A stretch of DNA of 64,000 nt from Cenarchaeum symbiont of Oopsacas minuta (GCA_029948415.1 JAJIZT010000002.1:146335-210334); one strand, 5' to 3'; counted from the stretch's first letter, positions 19,298 through 27,579 are shown. The notes: generated by a model from the sequence alone, not told the origin. A program made the numbers and translations.

Positions 19298-19305
19298 ACA
19301 GTTAC

Positions 19306-19358
19306 GAAAAATGCTAGAATTGTTTATAAAGATAGCACATGGATATGCATAAGGTCTA
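19306..19358 (+). repeat. 53-nt IS110-end / IS5-end junction, copy 2
   Basis: Same 53-nt junction as 16129-16181. Abuts the right end of IS66 copy 2. Confidence 0.7.
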
Positions 19359-19368
19359 TTCTAGATTG

Positions 19369-20160
19369 TTATTTTTTATCGATGATAAATTTATTTAATG
19401 CTTTACGCCATTTATTAAAATCATACCACCCACACCCATGACATCCATTTTCATCCTTAAGATTTTCACCTTCCCAATTTTCATCTCCGTTATAATAGAA
19501 TTTTATTCCAAATGGAGACCCTCGTTTGTTTTCCTCAAAACATTTTTCACATGCTCTACTTTTGAGGTGATTGTGGCTTGCAGTACCGTTAGATTTTTTT
19601 AATAACTGAAATCTCTTTTTGATATCCTCAATACTCATATCTGTTTTCATATCTGCATCTCCATATCCATCAGTCCAGCGCAATCTTGGGAATCTATGAT
19701 CTATTGTTAATTCATTTGCAGATCGTTTTATCTGTTCCACAACATCTTTGTAATTGTACAACTCCAATACTTTTTGTTGTACAGGATTGGACAAACTACC
19801 TCCTGTTACTTTTGGTTTAGCATTACCTGACCATTTATCATGCATTGTACGTTTCTTGCAGTTTGCGCATAAATTATTTTTAGAGTCAATTTCCAGCCCA
19901 TCTCTATTTGTACTACCTCTCTGTAATCCCTGTATGCCACCACTTCCAGCAATTTGTGTAGATCCGACGTGATCATACTCACACGTTCTACAATGCCATT
20001 CTCTATCTTCTAAAACTTCAAAAACCATTAATGTTTTTGCATTATCCCTAAATGTTTTTTTGTAAGCATTTACGTCCAAAATATTCACGTTAATTGACTT
20101 CGTAATGCTAGTCCAATATGTCTGAATAATGGTGGGGGGGCTGCATTTCCTACTTGCCAC
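19369..20160 (-). CDS. candidate type II restriction endonuclease (HNH / beta-beta-alpha-Me type with four CxxC pairs)
   Basis: Directly downstream of the m5C methyltransferase. TIDHRFP...NHLKSRACEKC (HNH-like) plus CRTC, CANC, CEKC and CHGC pairs. ATG 20160 overlaps the MTase by 76 nt. An alternative ATG is at 20028. Confidence 0.5.
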   Translation of the reverse strand: MASRKCSPPTIIQTYWTSITKSINVNILDVNAYKKTFRDNAKTLMVFEVLEDREWHCRTCEYDHVGSTQIAGSGGIQGLQRGSTNRDGLEIDSKNNLCANCKKRTMHDKWSGNAKPKVTGGSLSNPVQQKVLELYNYKDVVEQIKRSANELTIDHRFPRLRWTDGYGDADMKTDMSIEDIKKRFQLLKKSNGTASHNHLKSRACEKCFEENKRGSPFGIKFYYNGDENWEGENLKDENGCHGCGWYDFNKWRKALNKFIIDKK

Positions 20161-21155
20161 ATAGCCCGTTTCATTCTACCTGAAAATATAAACCCGTCTG
20201 GGAATCCCTGCAATCGTGCCATTTCACGAACTGAAATCATTCTGTTTAATTTGTAATGGATGTGTGTTCCGCCATGATTTTCTTTTATTGTCATGGATGG
20301 AACACCTTTGTATTGTCTTTTTGCTGCATCAGTATATGTTTTGTAAAGTGATTCACCAGCTTTGATTTTTGATAATCGTTTTATCATCTTAGGTCTGTGT
20401 TCGGTCCATTCGTGATTTGTTTTTGAATTTCTATTATGACATTCCAAATCTCGTATTGCTGATTCGATGGGCACAAATTCGTTTGGTTGTAGTATTGGTT
20501 TTGGGTATGGGTTTTTTTTACCTAAACGATTTGCAATGAATATTGTACGTGGTCGTATTTGTGCAATTCCATAACTAGCGGATTCCAAAATTAATATAGA
20601 CATATCAGGATACCCATATCTGGCAAATAATTTACGTATGTCATTCACAAAATTACCGTCATTCATGCTAATAATTCCAGGAACATTTTCCATAACCACA
20701 TATTTGGGATTTAATATTCTTACCATTCGTACTACTTGTTTGTACAAAATATTTCGTTTATCATCTATATGTTGAAATCCTGCTATTGAAAATCCTTGAC
20801 ACGGAAATCCAGCAGATAAAACATCGATTGATTTACGGTTCACTATTTTTTTAATTTCGAATTTATCTATGTTACATATGTCTCCTTCAATATGGTTCAC
20901 GTTAGAAAAATTTTTTTTTATTGTGTTTGATGCATCTTGATCTATCTCTATCGATAATAAAGTATCAAATCCAGCTTGACGCATCCCCTCAATATTCCCG
21001 CCAGCACCAGAAAATAAATCCACATGAGTTAGTCTATTTTTTAATTTTTTAATTTTTAATGTATCTACGTAAAATCTATTATTATATTCTGATTCTAGTT
21101 TTTTACGTAAGTTTACAAGTCTATTTATTTGAGGGGTACGTGGCATTATTTTCAC
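20085..21155 (-). CDS. DNA (cytosine-5)-methyltransferase
   Basis: Canonical m5C motifs: DLFSGAGG (I), GFPCQGFS (IV), MENVPG (VI), QIRPRTIFIA (VIII), REMARLQGFPD (IX) and GNAAPPPL (X). Confidence 0.9.
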   Translation of the reverse strand: MKIMPRTPQINRLVNLRKKLESEYNNRFYVDTLKIKKLKNRLTHVDLFSGAGGNIEGMRQAGFDTLLSIEIDQDASNTIKKNFSNVNHIEGDICNIDKFEIKKIVNRKSIDVLSAGFPCQGFSIAGFQHIDDKRNILYKQVVRMVRILNPKYVVMENVPGIISMNDGNFVNDIRKLFARYGYPDMSILILESASYGIAQIRPRTIFIANRLGKKNPYPKPILQPNEFVPIESAIRDLECHNRNSKTNHEWTEHRPKMIKRLSKIKAGESLYKTYTDAAKRQYKGVPSMTIKENHGGTHIHYKLNRMISVREMARLQGFPDGFIFSGRMKRAMWQVGNAAPPPLFRHIGLALRSQLT

Positions 21156-21340
21156 TCTACAGTAATTTTTCCATTTTTTGTTATTTTAAATTCCAGATAT
21201 TTTGTGGCTTCCAATATCTCTAAAATTGGCTTCGGAATGCGACATATTTTACTATACGACCCATCTTTATTTTTACTTTTACTCAAACTGACTTTAAAAT
21301 TATCTTCGTCTTTTGCCCATCTTGTCATGGTGATACCCAA
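21152..21340 (-). CDS. small AbrB/SpoVT-like protein upstream of the methyltransferase (possible R-M controller)
   Basis: 62 aa. ...KICRIPKPILEILEATKYLEFKITKNGKITVE resembles a swapped-hairpin AbrB/MazE domain. Its stop overlaps the MTase start (ATGA). Confidence 0.3.
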   Translation of the reverse strand: MGITMTRWAKDEDNFKVSLSKSKNKDGSYSKICRIPKPILEILEATKYLEFKITKNGKITVE

Positions 21341-21470
21341 TTAATTATTAATATAAATGTTTAACAGATCGGTTAACTAACCATACGGTTAAATATAGAA
21401 TACAAATACCCTACTGTTAATGCGGTTCTGTAACATCAACGGGATCTAGTAGACACGATCTTATTCCAAA

Positions 21471-21562
21471 TCAGCAAAAATTCTGTGTTGCATATACTGC
21501 ACCATCACTATCAATAATGACACCCACGCCGATCTCAGTATATTCAGAATTCAACATATTTT
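21471..21562 (-). pseudogene. 3' fragment of a CAP/SCP-domain gene cut by IS66 copy 3
   Basis: ...NMLNSEYTEIGVGVIIDSDGAVYATQNFC* matches the C-terminal CAP-domain pattern (NIL.p.yt.iGvGv....g.y..q.F). It begins exactly at the IS boundary. Confidence 0.4.
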
Positions 21563-21570
21563 GTAACTGT

Positions 21571-21957
21571 CTAGAGTTTTGAAGTATCATTCCCAAGATA
21601 TTGTATCATACAATCATTAAAGTTCAGATCTCGTTGTCTACATGTCTCCTTTATACTCATCAATATCTTGTGTGAATTAGCGCCATCATCTGTTCGATGA
21701 CCGTTTGTAATCTTTCGTATTACCACGTTTGGTCTAATCGCTCTCTCAGCAGCATTGTTATGTGAATCAGTTCCAGTCTTCAAGAACGTGAAAAGCATGC
21801 CTTGTTCACGCTTTAGACGTTTGACAAATCGGATACAATTCTTTTCCGTATATTTTTTGGATAAAAGATACGATATACGACGCTCGAGTTTGTTTATAGC
21901 ATTTGATTTATCATGAATGTTTACAGCATCATGTGAGTCATTTAGGATCTTTTTCAA
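21571..21957 (-). CDS. IS66-family transposase segment 3 of 3 (copy 3)
   Basis: The ORF-track Met is internal. The frame is open upstream through SWSAWNFVGNSHQRCHVHYIREIHE, where the Met used in other copies is Ile. Confidence 0.6.
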   Translation of the reverse strand: MKKILNDSHDAVNIHDKSNAINKLERRISYLLSKKYTEKNCIRFVKRLKREQGMLFTFLKTGTDSHNNAAERAIRPNVVIRKITNGHRTDDGANSHKILMSIKETCRQRDLNFNDCMIQYLGNDTSKL

Positions 21958-22084
21958 ACATTTTCCAAAAAGAACAAACTCTTTTTTGGGATTTTTATAC
22001 TGTGGAGTCTCATGAATTTCTCTTATGTAATGAACATGACATCTTTGATGACTGTTTCCAACAAAATTCCATGCAGACCATGAA

Positions 22085-22612
22085 TCACTTGTCAGTGTAT
22101 CCTTTTAACACTCTCATTGGAGCTATTCTACCACGTGATTTGTCAATCTCATATATGGTAGTCCATTTTCCAACAAATGCCCACAGCCAATTATTCTTCC
22201 CGTTGATGCGCCAGCTAATCTCATCCCCATGTATATTCAACTCGGTTTTTAGTTCCTCTATCATCTGTTCATATAATGGATCAAATGCTGTAGCAGTTTT
22301 TCTTACTGCATGATTTATGGTAGATTCATTCATGTGTATACCGTATATCATTTCTAGTAGATTGGATATTTTTTGATATGATAATCCAAATGTTTTGAGT
22401 GCAATTATAAATGCAGCTAGTCTGATTCCAAATCTTTCATTTGGTAATGCAGTATGGATTTTTGGTGTGATTATTTTTTTACAACATTTACAATATCTTC
22501 TAGATATAGTATTGTATGCTCGTGCTGGAATAATATCTTCTACTATGCGTGTGTATTTGTGCACAATTTTGGATAGTTTGTTTCCGCAGACATGACATGA
22601 TTTTTGATCCAC
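22085..22612 (-). CDS. IS66-family transposase segment 2 of 3 (copy 3)
   Basis: 175 aa. Same zinc-finger and DDE motifs. Confidence 0.65.
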   Translation of the reverse strand: MDQKSCHVCGNKLSKIVHKYTRIVEDIIPARAYNTISRRYCKCCKKIITPKIHTALPNERFGIRLAAFIIALKTFGLSYQKISNLLEMIYGIHMNESTINHAVRKTATAFDPLYEQMIEELKTELNIHGDEISWRINGKNNWLWAFVGKWTTIYEIDKSRGRIAPMRVLKGYTDK

Positions 22613-22625
22613 CTCGGTTTTGTTA

Positions 22626-22937
22626 TCAATGTGAACTGGTCTTTTTCTGCTGGTTCTTGCATGTTTGAAGTTTTATGTCTGAATCTGGTTTGTTGGGTTT
22701 TACACGAATATTCCTTGCTACAAGAGCATTTATCGTGATTTTTAATTCTTCAATCTCATTTTTTGACTGTTGTATAGTTTCTCCTTGCTGTTGGGTAGTT
22801 TTTTCATATTCTCGTATCGTTTTTCCTTGCTGTTGCATCGTTTCTCCTTGTTGTTTGTTTTCCTTGCGTAATAATGCAATTTCTTTCTCTAGATTCTCAG
22901 ACCTAGGACAAATATGTTCTATCTCTTCATTATTCAT
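22626..22937 (-). CDS. IS66-family transposase segment 1 of 3 (copy 3)
   Basis: 103-aa coiled coil with QQGETxQ repeats. Confidence 0.55.
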   Translation of the reverse strand: MNNEEIEHICPRSENLEKEIALLRKENKQQGETMQQQGKTIREYEKTTQQQGETIQQSKNEIEELKITINALVARNIRVKPNKPDSDIKLQTCKNQQKKTSSH

Positions 22938-23032
22938 AAACGATTTTTTGTATTATGCCATTGATCCAAAAATGTAATGATGAAAAATATTAGATCAAAT
23001 GGTCAGATTACTTCAAAACTCTAGATAGTTAC

Positions 23033-23394
23033 CAAAAGAATTAGTCATCGACGTGTTAGGATAAAGCATGCGATAAACCGACTAAAATGCTTCCGTAGGA
23101 TGAGTGTATGATAGCAAGGAAGAGTTTTACAAAGAGATCCAAGTCGTATCTAGGCTGACAAACCTGCATATCCTGTTCAATGACCGCAAGTATGTCGAAC
23201 CTATGGAACGAGTCTGTTCTTAAAAAGTAGGTTCATCTCTGCAATATGTCTGTGCATGATGTTACCGTTTTTGTCATATTTATGACATTTTGATTTGTTT
23301 GTTCATACTTGTGACATTTTGATTTGTTTGTAGAACTCTCATGCTTTGATCATGCAGTATCAAGTCGAGAACTGATCTATCTTTATTGGTAATA
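23033..23394 (+). pseudogene. 3' remnant of an IS5-family element (transposase C-terminus plus 3' untranslated part)
   Basis: Aligns with 2335-2720 of the intact copy. Truncated on the left by IS66 copy 3 and interrupted on the right by the IS110-like element. Confidence 0.7.
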
Positions 23395-24655
23395 ACCATA
23401 TGTGCACAGAAAAACTAGGACTTTAGAAGGTTGTAAGAATAAGAACAAAAAGAGATCTGGCCATTACAAAACTAAAAAACAAACAAAATCATTACCGCAT
23501 TTTGACAGATCCTACATGTACGTTGGTATTGACGTCCACAAGGAGTTCCTTCAGGTTGCAATGATGGACAAAAAAGGTAAAATTGTCTTTAACGAGAGAG
23601 TCGATAGAGACAACGATGAGGTGAAAAAGTTTTTCTTAAAAAATGTCCCAAAGAGTGCAAAATGTATCATCATCTGTTTGGTATGGCTTGTTTATGTTCA
23701 TGACAAAAGATCTAAAGCTGGATGTATCTCTCTCGAACCCATACCAGACAAAGGCAATTGCATCATCCAAGAAAAAAACTGACAAGGTTGACGCAATGAT
23801 ACTTGCAGACCTTTACCGTGGCGGATATATTGCATTGTGCCATGTTCCAACAAAAATTGTAGTGGAATGGAGGCCACCTTGTACGACATAGACATTGGAG
23901 TGTACAGATGAGAACGAGTGAAAAAAATGCCATACATGGATACAAGAGGGGATAAAGATTGCAGGTACAACATTTACTCAAAAGTACAACGAATCGCTTC
24001 ATTTCATAGGTGATTACAGAATTGATGACCATCTGCTCGTATGATAGACTCATTGCAAAAACAAACAAAAGGATATACCAAATTGCAAGATCTAATAAAC
24101 AGATCCAATTGCTAAAGACAATTCCAGGAATTGGTGATTACAGTGCTTTGGTAGAGATTGATGATGTGAGGAGATTCTCACCGTTTGTACTCGTATGCAG
24201 GTTTGGTCAAGTGTACGCAATTCTGCAGATATGGTAAAGCATGGCAGGATAACAAAAAGAGGCAGCAGAATGATGAGGTGGATTTTGAGTGAAGCGGTCC
24301 GCACACATGTAAGGTGTGCACCAAAAAGCAATGTCACACGGTTTTACAAAAGACTCGCAAGAAAAAAAGGCACGGGCAAGGCCACAGTAGCAACTGCATC
24401 AAAGATGTTACGTGTCATATACTGGATGTTAAAGATAAGTTTGAAAGCAATTACAGTTAGATTCGCAACCGCGTCTTGTGCATTGGAGATTAAACTCCGA
24501 TTAATAACTGCGGCATGATCTAACGATTGGATGAAGAAAGGTTGTGAGGGTAAACCTCGTATGGATAATTCTTTAGAAACGGAAAGTACACACCTAGCGA
24601 AAGCTATGCGGGATTAACGAAAAATGCTAGAATTGTTTATAAAGATAGCACATGG
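23395..24655 (+). mobile_element. IS110-family element with a frameshifted (pseudogenised) transposase
   Basis: MYVGIDVHKEFLQVAMMDKKGKIV (DEDD N-terminal domain). LKTIPGIGDYSALV and HGRITKRGSRMMRWIL (C-terminal domain) are spread over at least 4 frames. Subterminal repeats CCATATGTGC and GCACATGG. Confidence 0.7.
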
Positions 24656-24671
24656 ATATGCATAAGGTCTA
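24619..24671 (+). repeat. 53-nt IS110-end / IS5-end junction, copy 3 (in its native context)
   Basis: Here the 37 nt are continuous with the IS110-like body, and the 16 nt (ATATGCATAAGGTCTA) complete the IS5-type right end. Confidence 0.7.
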
Positions 24672-24682
24672 ATACAAAAAAT

Positions 24683-24763
24683 GTACGAGGTCATCTACTC
24701 TGTAATTTTGTGCGTAAATGTGGAACTTTCTTGATAATTATAGGCAGGGACGTGACCTCATAC
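24683..24763. repeat. 81-nt element with 11-nt terminal inverted repeats (MITE-like or structured RNA), copy A
   Basis: GTACGAGGTCA...TGACCTCATAC. Homologous to 54797-54873 (GTATGAGGTTA...TAACCCCATAC), with one compensatory change in the terminal stem. Confidence 0.5.
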
Positions 24764-24901
24764 ACAAACAGCTAGCCAATTGTTAAAGGTGATTTCATAA
24801 AAAATCATGCAAATAAAAAAAGAAGGGGTTTGACGGCACCCCGATAGCCTTCTGCCTCATTGTACGTCTTTTTGTGGTTTGAACCCACGGTGGTTTCAGA
24901 C

Positions 24902-24945
24902 CCCATCCGGTCCATTACCACTGTGGATTCAAATCCCACTCTTGC
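24902..24945. repeat. att core copy 2
   Basis: Identical to 14278-14321. Preceded by a diverged T-arm-like GGTGGTTTCAGACCCC. Confidence 0.75.
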
Positions 24946-25035
24946 CGCGTTTTTGTATAACGACCCTGCCGTTTGGCAGGACGCCTGCGAATATCCATCC
25001 GTCTGCGATGAGTTTTTCTGCATCTTTTGAGCTTG

Positions 25036-26006
25036 TTACGCGCTGACTTGGCACATTTTACCGATGCCCAATTTCTGGAACATCTCTAGTACCGTGCCAA
25101 GCTGTTCTGGTGTGGCCTGTGAAATTGCACTTTGCATTTGCTCTTTTTGTTTTATGATTGGATCATCTTTTGTCTGTTCTAGATCCAACAGTGGCTCTGA
25201 TCGTTTGTACGAATCGCGCATCTCCTGTATCAGCGACTCAAAGTATTCCCTTGTTTGTCGTGTATCTTGCTTCGATGTTTCCGCTGTGACCCATAAAGAA
25301 TGCTCTGATATCGTGTGCGATTTTTCCCTTTGACTCTGCGATGAGTAGTTGTGTGTCAAAGTATGCACGCAAAACGTACGGCCTCCATGTAAATCTCGGT
25401 CTGAATGTATCCTGGATTCTTTTGCTAATCTGCCTTGTAGGCAGAAATGGCTTTGTCTGGTTTTCTCCGCGGTTTGTTTTATACTTGTAGTCGTGCTATT
25501 ACAGGTGAATTCCCATGCAGGGGTTCGCCTTGTGATAGTCGATCATTCAGGTATGCTAGGATGTACGTGGTGGCAGGTGTGCTGGAGAATGTAAAATAGG
25601 GTTTTCTTGTCTTGGATATCTCCCGTCTTACCGTTATTCTGTTTTGTACCCTGATGCATTTTGCCTCACCCTGATGTATTACAATATCAAGCAAATCATG
25701 CATCCTTAGTCCGTCTGTTCCATTGTGGTTTCCTAGTACTTTAGGCCTCAGGCCGGATTTTGCCATCAGGGAGATCATTGTAGATTCTCTGAGGCGGGTT
25801 CTACTGTATATTTCGTCCATCTCCTGTGCATTTGGCACGCGCTCGTTCTGCAGTGTTGGAGTCTGGCGCGGATCAGTTATGCGTATCTTGCATCTGATCT
25901 CGATGTCAAAGTGTCTGAGCCATGATTTTACAGCATTTAATCTTCAATGTACCCTGGAGAGTATTGTTTTGACTCCATCATGGTCACGTGATCCTCTAGT
26001 AGGTCG
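25036..26006 (-). pseudogene. tyrosine-integrase pseudogene (paralog of 16731..17826 plus 14412..14628)
   Basis: About 90% nt identity to the split integrase. It lacks the first ~105 codons and has several frameshifts (ORFs 25036..25368 and 25479..25838). It retains the uninterrupted IS target region ACAAACAAGGGAATACTTTGAG. Confidence 0.8.
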
Positions 26007-26222
26007 CTAATTAGAAGTTATTTTATTACGACGATATGGTTTACTGATAACACAATAAACGTTTTTTTCCAGTCTGCCCCTAGTTTCTCTATGTTTTGAT
26101 GTTCCAGGTGGTGTAGATGTTTTAATCACTTTTCTACATTGGAATACTATGATTTCACCTTCAATTGAATCATCTTTGTTAAAGTGTGAGTTAGAATTAT
26201 TCAGATATAACACCATCTTCAA
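26007..26222 (-). CDS. hypothetical protein (71 aa)
   Basis: ORF track only. Last gene of a three-ORF minus-strand string. Confidence 0.2.
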   Translation of the reverse strand: MKMVLYLNNSNSHFNKDDSIEGEIIVFQCRKVIKTSTPPGTSKHRETRGRLEKNVYCVISKPYRRNKITSN

Positions 26223-26694
26223 TTAATTTTCGTACGACCTGCATTGTTGTCTTTAAATCTAGATTAAATTTAAAAGCTATTTCATGAGGATAGAAATCTT
26301 CATCAGGTATAGTATTTTTTATTATAGTTTCTTCTATTTTCTTTTTATCGTGTATTAAATCTAGCATATCGTCATTATCTTCATATGTTGTTGGAGCATC
26401 AGATCGCTTAAATTTCACATTACTAGGTTCCAAAGATTGTTTATACGTCTGTTGTGTTAACATGGATAGTTTTATTTCACCGTGAAGTTTTTCAAGGAAA
26501 TCATCAAGTAATTCTTTAAGTGGAATAAGATCTGTATGGTATATGGAATCAAACTTGGTGTCAGGATATTGAGTATGTGAACTTAGTTCACATTGTGATG
26601 CTAATGATGGAGATATATTCGTTTTATGTTTTTTATCTATATCATTAATATCAAATTGTATCATATTGCCATCGTTCTCTTTAATGCTTACCAT
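26197..26694 (-). CDS. hypothetical protein with possible C-terminal winged helix
   Basis: 165 aa. The C-terminus ...IAFKFNLDLKTTMQVVRKLIEDGVISE looks HTH-like. Confidence 0.35.
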   Translation of the reverse strand: MVSIKENDGNMIQFDINDIDKKHKTNISPSLASQCELSSHTQYPDTKFDSIYHTDLIPLKELLDDFLEKLHGEIKLSMLTQQTYKQSLEPSNVKFKRSDAPTTYEDNDDMLDLIHDKKKIEETIIKNTIPDEDFYPHEIAFKFNLDLKTTMQVVRKLIEDGVISE

Positions 26695-27115
26695 TTTTTA
26701 TCACCATATACCATTATGTTAAGTTGATGTGTTGTAGCTATAAAACGAAAACGTACTAATGATTCATGTAATTGTATGGAATTATTTTGTGTGTATGCAT
26801 CCATGATTTTAAGAAATGGTTCACGCAATTCATTTTTAATATTATTTTTTGCTTTATCAAATGCATTAGGTGATAAATGACGAGTCAACGCATGAGCTAA
26901 TTCACCGAACGATGCCTCCAATATTTCTCCAATGTAAAGTGGTTCTTCTAATTTCATATTCCATGCAAATCGAACTAAATTATTACTAATCGAGGCACAC
27001 AATGGGAAATTAGTATCATCTAGTGCAGAGGATATGCGTTTTATATTGTCTAATACGATGTGATTTGGATCAACCAATTGATATAAAAAATTATTAGAAA
27101 TATATATAAATTTTT
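26688..27115 (-). CDS. hypothetical protein, 5' end removed by IS66 copy 4
   Basis: ORF 26688..27149 runs into the IS terminal repeat, so the listed Met is IS-derived. Confidence 0.3.
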
Positions 27116-27123
27116 GTAACTGT

Positions 27124-27579
27124 CTAGAGTTTTGAAGTACCATCCGCAAGATATTGCATCATATAGTCATGAAAGTTTAGATTTCGTTGCCTACATGTCT
27201 CCTTTACACTCATCAATATCTTGTGTGATGTAGCGCCACCATCTGTTCGATGACCGTTTGTAATCTTTCGTATTACCACGTTTGGTCTAATCGCTCTCTC
27301 GGCAGTATTATTATGTGAATCAGTTCCAGTCTTCAAGAACGTAAAAAGCATGTCTTGTTCACGCTTTAGACGTTTGACAAATCTGATACAATTCTTTTCT
27401 GTATATTTTTTGGATAAAAGAGACGATAAACGACGCTCGAGTTTTTTTATAACATTTGATTTATCACGAATGTTTACAGCATCATGTGAGTCATTTAGGA
27501 TCTTTTTCAAACATTTTCCAAAAGCAATAAACTCTTTTTTGGGATTTTTATACTTTAGAGTATCATGAATTTCTCTCAT
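27124..27579 (-). CDS. IS66-family transposase segment 3 of 3 (copy 4)
   Basis: 151 aa, near-identical to copies 1 and 2. Confidence 0.65.
   Translation of the reverse strand: MREIHDTLKYKNPKKEFIAFGKCLKKILNDSHDAVNIRDKSNVIKKLERRLSSLLSKKYTEKNCIRFVKRLKREQDMLFTFLKTGTDSHNNTAERAIRPNVVIRKITNGHRTDGGATSHKILMSVKETCRQRNLNFHDYMMQYLADGTSKL

Larger units (their letters stand above)
17827..19305 (+). mobile_element. IS66-family element, copy 2
   Basis: GTAACTATCTAGAGTTTTGAAGTA at 17827 and ...TACTTCAAAACTCTAGACAGTTAC ending at 19305. Preceded by the target copy AGGAATAC (17819-17826). 21 nt shorter than copy 1. Confidence 0.85.
21563..23032 (-). mobile_element. IS66-family element, copy 3 (diverged)
   Basis: Same terminal repeats. 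About 90% identical to the other copies, with an in-frame 9-nt deletion in segment 2. All three frames remain open. Confidence 0.8.

Noticed and set aside
17827-23032. Inverted IS66 copies 2 and 3 bracket the R-M module like a composite transposon.
   Set aside because: The outer flanks (AGGAATAC on the left, CAAAAGAA on the right) are not a shared 8-nt duplication. The left flank belongs to the integrase insertion, and the right flank is an IS5 remnant. There is therefore no evidence that the unit moved as one piece.
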